A DNA stretch of 53,689 bases from Verrucomicrobiota bacterium (GTDB taxonomy: Bacteria; Verrucomicrobiota; Verrucomicrobiia; Chthoniobacterales; UBA10450), in NCBI GenBank assembly GCA_005887825.1, contig VBQC01000172.1, positions 1 through 53,689 on the forward strand. The letters run 5' to 3'. Under the pieces are notes generated by a model. The model saw nothing but the letters and a program-made list of their open reading frames with translations. It searched no databases and was not told the origin of the DNA. This document shows, piece by piece, positions 1 to 9,518 of this stretch. Each line of letters opens with the position of its first letter. The first letter of the stretch is position 1. Both the position numbers and the translations under genes were made by a program.

Positions 1-91
1 CGTTCTTGTCGCAGGCACCTCCATTTTTCACGCGAAAGACTACGCGAAAGCGATCCGCGAATTGCGCGGCTCCGGGTAGCGCCACGCTTCC

Positions 92-1831
92 CTATACCGC
101 CGCGACCGGCTCGGCTTCTTCGGTCGTTTCGGCCATCACTTCGTCAGTTTGCGTAACCCGCACTACTTCTTCGATAGTCGTTTTGCCTTGCGCGACGCGA
201 CGCCAGCCATCCTGCCGCAATGTTTCCATGCCTTCGGCGATGGCGCATTGTTTGAGCTCGCCGCCATCGCACTTCCGCATGATCATCTTTCTTAACGGTT
301 CAGTCACCAGACAAACCTCATAGATTGCCGCGCGACCCTGATAGCCGGTCTGACGGCATTGGTCGCAACCGGCGCCGCGCAGGAAGCGGGTGCCGAGTTC
401 TTTCACGGGAAGACCGATCTCGGCCAGATATTCGCGCGGATAGTCAACCGTTTGCACGCAGTCTGGACAAATCGTGCGCACGAGGCGTTGCGCGATGAAC
501 GCTTTCACCACCGAGGCGAGCAGGAATGGCTCCACATCCATGTCGAGCAAGCGTGTAATGCCGCCGACGGCATCGTTCGTGTGGAGCGTGCTGAAAACAA
601 GGTGACCCGTCATCGCCGCGCGAATCGCGATGTCCGCGGTTTCGACATCGCGAATTTCGCCGACCATGACGACGTTTGGGTCCTGCCGCAAAATGTGACG
701 GAGACCTTTGGCGAATGTGAGATCGATCTCCGGTTTAACATCGATCTGCGAAACGCCAGGCAACCGATATTCCACCGGCTCTTCGATGGTGATGATGCGC
801 CGTTGCACGGAATTGATGCTGGTCAAGAAGCAATAAAGCGACGTTGATTTTCCACAACCAGTCGGGCCTGTGAGAAGAATGATTCCGTTCGGCTGCGCGA
901 GCAGATGGCGAATGATCTTCTCCTGTTTCCCGCCCAAATCGAGCCGATCGAAGCCAAACTGTTGTTCGCCCCGGCTGAGCAAACGCAGACTGATCGACTC
1001 GCCATTGACCGTTGGAATGGTCGAAACGCGCACGTCGATGTTTTGATTACTCGCCTGCAAATTCATGCGCCCATCCTGAGGCAATCGGCGTTCGGCGATG
1101 TCCATGTGCGACATCACTTTCAGGCGCGAAATAATTGCCGATTGCAAGACCCGCAATTGCGGCGGCACTGCGACTTCGTGCAAAATTCCGTCGATCCGGT
1201 ACCGGATCCGCAAATCGTTTTCGAGCGGCTCAACGTGAATGTCGGTCGCGCGCTCGAAAATTGCTTCGCGAATGATCTGGTTCACGAATTTCACCACGGA
1301 GGCTTCGGGATCGTCGGCGTTCAGCTCGATGGCGATTTCCGTGTCTTGCAGCACCTCGAAAGCGCGATTGGTTTTCAGGATTTCGTCGAATGTTTCCGCG
1401 CCGACGCCGTAGAGCGTTTTCATTGCGCGCAAAATTTGCGCGCGCGGCACCACCACCCATTCGGCCGGCTTTTTCAGAAGCTGCGACGCAAGCTGGCGAC
1501 CAATCGAATTGAAAAGATCGTAAGTCGCCAGCACCACCGAATTTTCCTTGAATTCGATGGGCAGAATGTGATGTTGAAAAACAAAACGGCTTGGTAAAAT
1601 CGATAATGTCGCGCGATCGATCTTTTTGGCGTCGATGGAGACAACTGGCACGCGGAAGAAATTCCCAATCGCTCCCAGGAATCGTTGCTCGTCCACTTTG
1701 CCGGAATCAAGTACCTGGCCAACCCAAGAACCGCCGTTCAGGTTCGAGGCCAGCGCGCTGGCTTCCTGGGCCGAGGGGACGCCGCTCTCCAGCAGCAGAT
1801 TAATTAACGATTGACTGGCGGCTGAACTCAT
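92..1831 (-). CDS. GspE/PilB-family secretion ATPase (type II secretion / type IV pilus assembly)
   Basis: 579-aa ORF. It has a T2SSE_N-like N-terminus, Walker A GPTGCGKST, Asp/His-box region, and a C-terminal CPDC...CDQC tetracysteine typical of GspE/PilB. Confidence 0.9.
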   Translation of the reverse strand: MSSAASQSLINLLLESGVPSAQEASALASNLNGGSWVGQVLDSGKVDEQRFLGAIGNFFRVPVVSIDAKKIDRATLSILPSRFVFQHHILPIEFKENSVVLATYDLFNSIGRQLASQLLKKPAEWVVVPRAQILRAMKTLYGVGAETFDEILKTNRAFEVLQDTEIAIELNADDPEASVVKFVNQIIREAIFERATDIHVEPLENDLRIRYRIDGILHEVAVPPQLRVLQSAIISRLKVMSHMDIAERRLPQDGRMNLQASNQNIDVRVSTIPTVNGESISLRLLSRGEQQFGFDRLDLGGKQEKIIRHLLAQPNGIILLTGPTGCGKSTSLYCFLTSINSVQRRIITIEEPVEYRLPGVSQIDVKPEIDLTFAKGLRHILRQDPNVVMVGEIRDVETADIAIRAAMTGHLVFSTLHTNDAVGGITRLLDMDVEPFLLASVVKAFIAQRLVRTICPDCVQTVDYPREYLAEIGLPVKELGTRFLRGAGCDQCRQTGYQGRAAIYEVCLVTEPLRKMIMRKCDGGELKQCAIAEGMETLRQDGWRRVAQGKTTIEEVVRVTQTDEVMAETTEEAEPVAAV

Positions 1832-1972
1832 TCAGGGCGGGGCGTGGATGGTAATCGACAACGGAGAGCAGAGGAAAGCGAATGAAGCCGATTTAGGCCG
1901 TTTCGCAAGTGCTTTCACGCACAACGCGTAATCTTTGGCTTGAGGGTCGCGATGCCTGCTGCAAGAATATTG

Positions 1973-2380
1973 TCAGGGCATGTGCAACGCTCGCCGGACA
2001 GGGTCGGTCAGCGTGCCCGTGACGCGTATGGAATAGTTCTTTTGAAGCCGCGCAATTGCGTCGGCCACTTCCTGGGTAAATACGCCGTCAATGGGGCCAC
2101 AATAATAACCCAGCCGACGCAACGCCGTTTGCATCGAACCCACATAAGCCGGTTGAACAATCAGTTGTTCGGGCGCTTTGAAATAGTAACACCATCGCCA
2201 ACGATATCTCGGCGCGAAGTCTGTGGCGTTCACATGGCGGCCCTGATGGAGCAGCCCGTACTCGTCTCGTTGAGCCAATGGATCGGTGGAACGAAAAACA
2301 TCGTCGATAACATCGTACTCGTCGGCGCGCGCGATGGTTGCGCCCAGGCCGAGAATCAAAGCGAGAACTATCCTTTTCAT
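1973..2380 (-). CDS. small secreted peptidoglycan-binding (PG_binding_1-like) protein
   Basis: 135 aa. Signal peptide MKRIVLALILGLGATIARA. The C-terminal LRRLGYYCGPIDGVFTQEVADAIARLQKNYSIRVTG resembles the PF01471 repeat. Confidence 0.7.
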   Translation of the reverse strand: MKRIVLALILGLGATIARADEYDVIDDVFRSTDPLAQRDEYGLLHQGRHVNATDFAPRYRWRWCYYFKAPEQLIVQPAYVGSMQTALRRLGYYCGPIDGVFTQEVADAIARLQKNYSIRVTGTLTDPVRRALHMP

Positions 2381-2393
2381 AAAAGTGAGTTTA

Positions 2394-4775
2394 CTACATA
2401 TCTTTCGCCGCTGGAATATCAGGCGGCGGTAGGGTTAACTGTTTGCCCTTCTCCGTTTTCGGGCAATCCGGACAATCGTCCTGGTCCAGCTCTGGGCCGA
2501 AGTGCATTCTGTCTTCCGTCTTTTGGCGCAACTTATAAAGATCCAGCTTCGTCAGCGTCACCTCTGGGCGCATCAGAATGACCAGCTCGGTGCGCGTCTT
2601 GTTGGATGTCGTACTGCGGAAAAGCGCGCCGACATATGGAATACGCGAGAGATAAGGAATGCCGGTGTAATTTTTTGTCTTGTTATCTTCAATCAACCCG
2701 CCAAGGACAATGGTTGATCCATTTGGCGCGGAAACATTCGTCCGGATGTAGCGCGTAGCGATATTTGGGATCCGGTTGCCGCTTATGATCGTCTCCCCGG
2801 CGAGACTGTCCAGCTTCTGTAAGATGTCGAGCGAGACTTCTTTCTCGGAATTAATCAGCGGCACCACCTCCAGTTGCAATGCGACTTTTTTGAACTCGAT
2901 GCTCGATGAGACCGACGCTACAGTATTTACAGTAGTCGCATTCGCCAGGGTATTTACGGGAATTGGAATTTCCGTGCCTGACGCGATGATGGCCTTTTTG
3001 TTGTTACTCGTGAAAACGGTCGGCCGCGAAATCACTTTGAACCGGCCGGTGGACTCAAGCAGATGCACAATCGCGGCGAACGCATTGCCAGCAGCTACAT
3101 AAATATTCGTGCCGCTCCCTACATTCTGAATAATTTGACTGAAGTTGATCAGGTTGGAAGGATCGACAATACTCGATAAAATAGGAGCTGCTGTTCCGGT
3201 TGTCACCGGTGACGCACTGGAACTCGGAATTGGAATAGACACCTGGTTATTGTTGTTATTGCGCGAGGTGCCGATGAATCTGTTGTGGTACTTTGCGAAG
3301 TAATCAGCGCCGAATTCCTCGTTGTTGGTGAGTGTCAACTGGCCAATTACTGTGCTCAGCGCCACTTGCGGCGCCTTGACGTCCATTTCGTCCAGAATCT
3401 TTTCCACCTTCACCACGACCTCACGGTTGCCAAGGACGATGATGGTGTTTGCGCGCTGATCGGCGATGAGTTTCGCGCTGCCGACCGTGACCGCTTTGGG
3501 CACAGTGTCCACTGGCTGCGTGGAAAGCTCCTCGGAAATATTGAGCGTGCTTCCGCTTGAGGTGCCCGAAACGCCGGAAACGCCGGAAACGCCGGGCGCG
3601 TTCCCACCGGTTGCAGCTGTGCCTCGTTGTTGCTGCGGCTGAGGGCTTGCACCAGGCCCGCCACCGCCAGCTGCCGCCGCGCCAGCCGCCGCCTCTGTGC
3701 CTGGTTCGGTCAAAGCCTGCACCAATACCGGCAGAACGTCGCCGGCGGAAATGTATCTCAATGACCGGGTGACCGGCTTTGCGAACTCAACGTTGGCATC
3801 AAATTCATGGATCAATTGACGGATGAAGGGCATGTTGATCGGCCGCGTCACCACGTGAATGCGGTTAGTGCGGACGTCAGGAGTAAGTTTGATTTTTCCG
3901 AGGATCACTGCTTCTTCGGATAGAAGGGCCGTTCCGCCAACCCCGGTTTCAACCGGCACAGGTTGCGGGACGGCCGCAGGAATTTTCACGCTGCGGACGC
4001 CAGGCTGGCTCGGCGACTCTGTGCCCTTTTCGAAAATGTCCTTGAGCATGTCAACCACCTTGGTCGCATCGGCGCGCTCCAGTTTAACGAACTCACTCAC
4101 CACTTCCGCCGGCGCCACATCCACTTGCTGGATCACGCCGGCAAGCTGCCGAATAATGTCGGCATTCTGTGTCACCAGAAGACTCGACGATTTCGGCAGT
4201 GCCAGAATGTTTATCGAGCCTGAGCTTCCCTGGAAATATGCCATCAACACTTGTTGAAGCTCCTGGGGATCCGCGTACTGAAGCTTGAATAAAAAGCTAA
4301 CCACCGGGTTCCCCGGCGGAATGTCCGCCATGTCCGACACAATCGGTACCGGCGCCTTTCGAGGATTTTGGCCAGCCCCCACGATATCGACAATGTCGTG
4401 GTCTGTTGGAACCAGCGAGATCCCATTTAGAGCGAGGCTCATCTCGATAATCTTGATTGCCTCCTCTCGCGACACATCTTTGGCAATAAAGATGTTCACC
4501 TTGCCCTGAACGAAATTGTCCATCACCAGTTTCTTGCCGGTAAGCTGCTCGTAAAGATGCAGCACATCGACGACATCGCTGTTTGGGAACTGGAGCCGAA
4601 CCGTTGCTGGCGTAGCCGGCGGAGCAGCTGCATTTTTCGGCGGCGGCTTTGGTGTCTGGGCTGGATCCGCTGCCTGGGCAACAGGCAATGCCTTGGGCCG
4701 CTCAGGCGCCCCCTGAGCTGAAACCTCCGCTGCGCCGGCAAGCACCAGCATGGCGATGCAAAAGAATCGGTCCAC
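2394..4775 (-). CDS. secretin (GspD/PilQ family outer-membrane channel)
   Basis: 793 aa with a signal peptide and an N0-like domain (VRLQFPNSDVVDVLHLYEQLTGKKLVMD). The C-terminal secretin domain includes IPYLSRIPYVGALF and TELVILMRPEV. Confidence 0.9.
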   Translation of the reverse strand: MDRFFCIAMLVLAGAAEVSAQGAPERPKALPVAQAADPAQTPKPPPKNAAAPPATPATVRLQFPNSDVVDVLHLYEQLTGKKLVMDNFVQGKVNIFIAKDVSREEAIKIIEMSLALNGISLVPTDHDIVDIVGAGQNPRKAPVPIVSDMADIPPGNPVVSFLFKLQYADPQELQQVLMAYFQGSSGSINILALPKSSSLLVTQNADIIRQLAGVIQQVDVAPAEVVSEFVKLERADATKVVDMLKDIFEKGTESPSQPGVRSVKIPAAVPQPVPVETGVGGTALLSEEAVILGKIKLTPDVRTNRIHVVTRPINMPFIRQLIHEFDANVEFAKPVTRSLRYISAGDVLPVLVQALTEPGTEAAAGAAAAGGGGPGASPQPQQQRGTAATGGNAPGVSGVSGVSGTSSGSTLNISEELSTQPVDTVPKAVTVGSAKLIADQRANTIIVLGNREVVVKVEKILDEMDVKAPQVALSTVIGQLTLTNNEEFGADYFAKYHNRFIGTSRNNNNNQVSIPIPSSSASPVTTGTAAPILSSIVDPSNLINFSQIIQNVGSGTNIYVAAGNAFAAIVHLLESTGRFKVISRPTVFTSNNKKAIIASGTEIPIPVNTLANATTVNTVASVSSSIEFKKVALQLEVVPLINSEKEVSLDILQKLDSLAGETIISGNRIPNIATRYIRTNVSAPNGSTIVLGGLIEDNKTKNYTGIPYLSRIPYVGALFRSTTSNKTRTELVILMRPEVTLTKLDLYKLRQKTEDRMHFGPELDQDDCPDCPKTEKGKQLTLPPPDIPAAKDM
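3567..3595. repeat. 9-nt x3 tandem repeat inside the secretin gene (encodes GVSGVSGVSG on the minus strand)
   Basis: cggaaacgc is repeated three times in tandem. It lies in the G/A/S-rich low-complexity insert. Confidence 0.8.
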
Positions 4776-4975
4776 AGTCTTATTTATCTGGGTGGGCGAC
4801 GATGCTAATAAATTTAAGAGACCCCGTCAAACTATTTCCCTCAGTCGAAACGATCCCGTTTCCTGTTTGAACTGGACACAGCGGGAACGCAATTTATAAA
4901 AGATTGCCAATATTGCAAATGATCCGCCATCTTCGCGTCTCAACTCTGAGAATAGTCGACCTTGGCGTCCCAACG

Positions 4976-5455
4976 ATGCTCGCCTTTTTCCCTTCGGCAC
5001 TGATACTTTTTGCGTTCACAAGTGCCTGGTCAGTTTTAGCGGCGCCAGCAGGAAAAGAACAGGATCGCGCAAGCGCAGCTATCCAGATTCGCTCCGTGCT
5101 TCGGGCGCAACAGGATGCCTGGAACCGCGGCGATATTGATGGGTTCATGAACGGATACGCCCGCTCAAAATCGACAATCTTTGTTTCAGAAGACACGCTA
5201 AGACGCGGCTGGGAAACGGTGCGCGATCGTTACCGGAAAAAATATTCCGATCGCACGAAGATGGGGACGCTTACTTTTTCCGATCTCGAGATCACGCCGC
5301 TGTCACTTGATTCGGCCATGGTGCTCGGACGGTGGAGGTTGAAGCGCACAAACGATCGGCCGCACGGGCGCTTCACCTTGATCTTTCACAAAACCGCCGA
5401 CGGCTGGCGCATCGTGCTCGATCATACTTCGGCGGCAGCACTGCCGGCTCGTTAA
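4976..5455 (+). CDS. SnoaL-like / DUF4440 (NTF2-fold) secreted protein
   Basis: ATG at 4976 gives the signal peptide MLAFFPSALILFAFTSAWSVLA. The motif RAQQDAWNRGDIDGFMNGY is typical of DUF4440. The ORF-track start at 4904 is less likely. Confidence 0.6.
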   Translation: MLAFFPSALILFAFTSAWSVLAAPAGKEQDRASAAIQIRSVLRAQQDAWNRGDIDGFMNGYARSKSTIFVSEDTLRRGWETVRDRYRKKYSDRTKMGTLTFSDLEITPLSLDSAMVLGRWRLKRTNDRPHGRFTLIFHKTADGWRIVLDHTSAAALPAR

Positions 5456-5493
5456 AGCGTAGAAGGGCGCGGTAGTGCAATTCCGCTCTAGTG

Positions 5494-5516
5494 CTTCAAC
5501 GCTTCAACGAATCACG
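5494..5516 (+). repeat. family-E motif CTTCAACGCTTCAAC(G/A)AATCACG, copy 1
   Basis: Matches 48618-48640 at 22 of 23 positions. It overlaps the mpl stop codon (5512-5514). Confidence 0.7.
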
Positions 5517-6903
5517 CATGCAGCCGTGCCAGCAACTTCTCGTGGATGTTGTCGAAGCCCCCGTTACTAAAAATCGCGACGACGTCCTTAGGCCGCAACA
5601 TCGGAACGATTCGATCGATAATCGCATCGGCATTCTGCTCGTAAAACGCAGGGTGACCCGCTTCGGAAATCGCATCCACCACCGCCTCTGGATTTAATCG
5701 CTCGTCTTCCGGGATCTGCTCCAGCTTGGCGACTTGCGCGATGAAGACTCCGTCGGCAAAGTTTAGTGCGTCGGGAAGCTGTTGTTGAAAAACGGCGCGC
5801 CGCGTCGTGTTCGAGCGCGGCTCGAAAACGGCCCAGAGACGGTGGCCGCGATAGCGATGACGCAGCGCTTGCAGCGTGTGGGCAATTGCCGTGGGATGAT
5901 GGGCGAAATCGTCAATTACTTTCACGCCGCGCACTTCACCACGAATTTCCTGCCGCCGGGCGATTCCGGAAAAACTGTTGAACGCGTTGTCGATCTTCGA
6001 TTTCGGTACATCGTAAAATCGCGCTGCCATCGCTGCCATCGCCGCATTGCGCACATTGAATTCGCCAATGAGCGGAATCTCGAAAATCTCTTCGCCAAGC
6101 TTGAACTTCGAGCCTTTGGCCGAGTAAGCGACGTCTCGGATTCGCTGGGCGCAATTCTTCGAGAAACCCACCTCAATCATTTGTGCGAGACAATCCTTTG
6201 CGACTTCCACGCAATTGGGATCGTCGCCATTGAGCAGTACCATTCCATTTTGAGGAACGATATTGAGCAAGCGCCGGAAGCTGAGCTTGATTTCATCGAG
6301 GTTGTTGAAGATGTCCGCGTGATCGAACTCGATGTTGTTTATGATCAGCAATTCGGGCAGGCAATGCATGAATTTCGAGCGCTTGTCGAAGAACGCTGAG
6401 TCATACTCGTCGCCTTCGATCACGAAATATTTCGAATCGTTCAGGCGCGCCCCTTGTCCAAGGTTTTTCGGGAGGCCGCCAACGAGATAACCGGGTTTGC
6501 GTCCAGCTTTTTCCATGATCCAGGCGAGCAGCGCAGTTGTTGTCGTTTTACCATGCGTCCCAGTCACGACGAGATTATGGCGGCCGCGCAAAAAATAGTT
6601 TTTCAACGTCTCCGGCAATGAGAGATAAAGCAGTTTTCGGCTGAGCACGGCTTCCACTTCGGGATTGCCGCGCTTCATGGCATTGCCGATTACCACCACA
6701 TCGGCATCGGCCGGAATATTTTCGGTGCGATAACCTTCCTTCAGTGCGATGCCTCTCTTTTCCAGGAATGTCGACATCGGGGGATAAACATTATCGTCCG
6801 AACCGGTGACTTTGAAGCCGCGCTCTTGCAGCGCCGCCGCAACAGAGCCCATGGCCGTTCCGCAAATCCCGAGAAAATGAAATTTTTGCGGCGCTTCTTT
6901 CAT
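5512..6903 (-). CDS. mpl: UDP-N-acetylmuramate:L-alanyl-gamma-D-glutamyl-meso-DAP ligase (murein peptide ligase)
   Basis: 463 aa. The N-terminus FHFLGICGTAMGSVAAALQERGFKVTGSDDNVYPPMSTFLEKRGI matches E. coli Mpl closely. Mur ligase P-loop GTHGKTTTT is present. Confidence 0.9.
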   Translation of the reverse strand: MKEAPQKFHFLGICGTAMGSVAAALQERGFKVTGSDDNVYPPMSTFLEKRGIALKEGYRTENIPADADVVVIGNAMKRGNPEVEAVLSRKLLYLSLPETLKNYFLRGRHNLVVTGTHGKTTTTALLAWIMEKAGRKPGYLVGGLPKNLGQGARLNDSKYFVIEGDEYDSAFFDKRSKFMHCLPELLIINNIEFDHADIFNNLDEIKLSFRRLLNIVPQNGMVLLNGDDPNCVEVAKDCLAQMIEVGFSKNCAQRIRDVAYSAKGSKFKLGEEIFEIPLIGEFNVRNAAMAAMAARFYDVPKSKIDNAFNSFSGIARRQEIRGEVRGVKVIDDFAHHPTAIAHTLQALRHRYRGHRLWAVFEPRSNTTRRAVFQQQLPDALNFADGVFIAQVAKLEQIPEDERLNPEAVVDAISEAGHPAFYEQNADAIIDRIVPMLRPKDVVAIFSNGGFDNIHEKLLARLHA

Positions 6904-6937
6904 GCAGATTCTCTACGCCGCCCCGGTAGAAAAGGAA

Positions 6938-7100
6938 ACCACGGATTACACGGATTTCACCGATCGGGCGAACAGAGATTTTTAATCTCTCAACGGAATC
7001 GCACTCCGCTGCATTACAAAGACTGGACAGAACGAATGTCCGATAGTCGCACAGGCAAAATTGGACAAATACATGTGTTCCTACCCGTGTTATCCGTGGT
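6938..7100. mobile_element. MITE-like element, family F (ACCACGGATTACACGG termini)
   Basis: 16-nt terminal inverted repeats at 6938-6953 and 7085-7100 match at 15 of 16 positions. There is an internal 7-bp hairpin, agagatt-ttt-aatctct. The element fills the cyclase-mpl intergenic region. Confidence 0.55.
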
Positions 7101-7103
7101 CAG

Positions 7104-9242
7104 TTACTTCTTCTCGAACACTTCCACTGCGTCCCATGCTTCGTCCGGAGGTTGTTGCTCATATTCGAGCGTGCGATCGAGATATATTTTGGCCAACAAA
7201 TCGTCCGGATAAAATTCGAGGAAACGCGAGAATAAGATTTTTGCTTCAGTAAAATCGCGTGCACGGAATTTCGCAAGTCCCTCTTCGTAGGACTCTAGCC
7301 ACTTCAGGAATTCTGGATTGATATCGTCAATCCGCGCCCCAATGAAGGTAAACACGTCCACCGGTTTGGTTTTGCCTTTCACTTGCACGCGCGCGACCGA
7401 GCGAAGATGAAATTCGTCTCGAACCAACTCAGCCGCTGTCGCGCCGACCAGAATATCGACGCCGTAGATTCGGGTAAGACCTTCGAGCCGTGACGCCAGA
7501 TTAACCGAGTCGCCAATGACAGTCGGATCCATGCGCTCTTGCGAGCCAATATTGCCGACAATTACTTCGCCTTGATTGATGCCGATGCCCATGCCGAGGC
7601 CCATTCGCCCTTCGCCGCGCCATCTTTCATTGAGCTGCCGCAATTCGCGCCTCATCCCCAGCGCTGCGCGCGCGCAATTTTTGGCGTCCTGCGCCATGCC
7701 AAAGCTGCGCACATTTCCCCATACAGCCATGATCGCGTCACCGATGAATTTATCGAGTGTGCCGCCGTTACCGAAAACAACTGAAGTCATGCGAGTAAGA
7801 TACTCGTTGAGCTGCGCGACCAACGCTTCGGGGTCGGCTTTTTCGGACAACGTGGTGAAACCAACCAAGTCCGAGAACAGGATGGTTACTGGCACACGCG
7901 CGCCACGAAGCGAGCTGTAGTAGCTGTCCGGATTTTCGAGAACTTCCTTGACCAAGTTTTTCGACACATAGCGTTCGAGGGTTCGCCGCGTGTGCAATTT
8001 CTCGAGTCGCTCAAGGGCGTATTCGATACCGAGCGCAAATAATCCGCTTAATAATAGAGCGGAGAGAACCGGGACGGTAAGAAGCAACAGCCCTGATTTG
8101 TCATAAAACAATCGCGCCGCACCCAGGTATGCGGCAGTTATTGCAACGAGGGCGCCAAGACAAAGCAACGGCCTGCGCAAAAAGGTGACCAGCAACCAGG
8201 CGATCAACCCTGCCGCGCCGACAAGCGCCATGCCAGTTTTTGGCGGAGTAGGGTGCAGAAATTCATGGCCAGGCGCCGCGGCCATTGCCTGTAAGTGAAG
8301 CTCCGGCCCCGATGTCGTCGGGCTCATCGGCGTATCGAAAACGTCATGCGTGACCTGCGCGGACGAGCCGATCATCACAACCTTGTCCTTAAAAAACGCG
8401 CCATCGGCATAATTGGCATGCCAGAATTTCGGATCGAAGACCTCATAGAGCGGCCGCGGTTCAAAGGCGTCGGACGCCGAAAACCGAATCATGTGGCCGC
8501 GCAAATCATTGGGCACATCGTTTCCGCGGCCGATCTTGGTCAGCGCACGGGCGGAAAGGGATTCGAAGATTTCCTGGCTCGGGTGCGGCGGCAACCCGGC
8601 GAGTTGCCGATCTGTCACGCGATAAGTCACAGCCCGGATTTTTCCATCGATCGGATCGGGCCAAAAATTCACGAACCCGACACGATCATCCTTCAGTTGC
8701 GGTGGCGGAATCAACGTGTCGTTTGGCGTAACGGCCTGCGCGGCGTTCTCCATATCGAAATTGGCCCCGAGCACTACTTTGTCGTGATAACGGTCCAGCG
8801 CGGCGTGAAATGCCGGATCACCATCGTTGGGCGGGTTGAACATCATGTCGAAGATCACAAGGCGCGCTCCCGCGGCGAACAATCGATCGAGCAAAAGCGC
8901 CCACACTTCGCGTGACCACGGGAATGGTTGCTCGGTCATCAGTTGAAACGCGCGGTTGTTCGCGATTTCTTCTGGCGTCAATGGCGGCAGTTGCAATGTG
9001 CTTTGATCGATCCCGAGCAAAACGAAATCATTGCGGGTTGCAGTTTTTCGGCCCTCCCGCCGTAGCAAATCCTCGAAATTTTGTTCGCCGCGCCATGGAA
9101 TCGAGAGGAACGGCGCGGCCGAGAAGAAATGACCGAGAAAAATCAGCCCCGTCCAAAAAAGGCAAATTGACGCAAGGATCAACAGCCGATGACGCCCGAG
9201 CCAATGCATGCGGGCATTATACCAGAGCGTGCGATTCTGCAT
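7104..9242 (-). CDS. CHASE2 sensor domain - class III adenylate/guanylate cyclase
   Basis: An N-terminal TM segment and CHASE2-like periplasmic region are followed by TM helices. The cyclase domain shows VTILFSDLVGFT and GDAIMAVWG. Start chosen at MQNRTL (9242); the ORF-track start at 9464 is unlikely. Confidence 0.85.
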   Translation of the reverse strand: MQNRTLWYNARMHWLGRHRLLILASICLFWTGLIFLGHFFSAAPFLSIPWRGEQNFEDLLRREGRKTATRNDFVLLGIDQSTLQLPPLTPEEIANNRAFQLMTEQPFPWSREVWALLLDRLFAAGARLVIFDMMFNPPNDGDPAFHAALDRYHDKVVLGANFDMENAAQAVTPNDTLIPPPQLKDDRVGFVNFWPDPIDGKIRAVTYRVTDRQLAGLPPHPSQEIFESLSARALTKIGRGNDVPNDLRGHMIRFSASDAFEPRPLYEVFDPKFWHANYADGAFFKDKVVMIGSSAQVTHDVFDTPMSPTTSGPELHLQAMAAAPGHEFLHPTPPKTGMALVGAAGLIAWLLVTFLRRPLLCLGALVAITAAYLGAARLFYDKSGLLLLTVPVLSALLLSGLFALGIEYALERLEKLHTRRTLERYVSKNLVKEVLENPDSYYSSLRGARVPVTILFSDLVGFTTLSEKADPEALVAQLNEYLTRMTSVVFGNGGTLDKFIGDAIMAVWGNVRSFGMAQDAKNCARAALGMRRELRQLNERWRGEGRMGLGMGIGINQGEVIVGNIGSQERMDPTVIGDSVNLASRLEGLTRIYGVDILVGATAAELVRDEFHLRSVARVQVKGKTKPVDVFTFIGARIDDINPEFLKWLESYEEGLAKFRARDFTEAKILFSRFLEFYPDDLLAKIYLDRTLEYEQQPPDEAWDAVEVFEKK

Positions 9243-9482
9243 ATGGATTCCGCGCACGCGAAGTGGAATTTGGGAAAGCAAACGAAACAATGACGAATGA
9301 CTAAATGAAGAAGCACGAACGAATGATTCTGTCCGCCCAGCAAATCGTTTGTGATTTACTCGCAAGTCGGCTAGTTTCTGACCCTGCGTTTCGAACGCAA
9401 TGATCTGCGCACCTGTCCTGCGTTGCGGGGCCGCATCAGTGAGTGAGGTCGCGAAGATCGACAATGAAACAACAGCTCGCTG

Positions 9483-9518
9483 AAGGAGGAGTCCCGAAGC
9501 AATTCGGGACGAAACACA
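9483..9518 (+). promoter_or_regulatory. rplT translation-initiation region: SD AAGGAGG followed by an 8-bp GNRA-capped hairpin, then AUG
   Basis: AAGGAGGA is at 9483-9490. The hairpin gtcccgaa-gcaa-ttcgggac spans 9491-9510. Eight nt follow before the ATG at 9519. No purine-rich SD lies within 12 nt of the ATG. Confidence 0.35.

Noticed and set aside
4890-4920. The near-palindrome TTGCCAATATTGCAA in the secretin/SnoaL divergent region, as an operator or promoter (TTGCAA ... TATAAA on the minus strand).
   Set aside because: The spacer between the -35-like and -10-like hexamers is only 14-16 nt, and there is no second copy or other supporting evidence. This is too weak to report as a feature.
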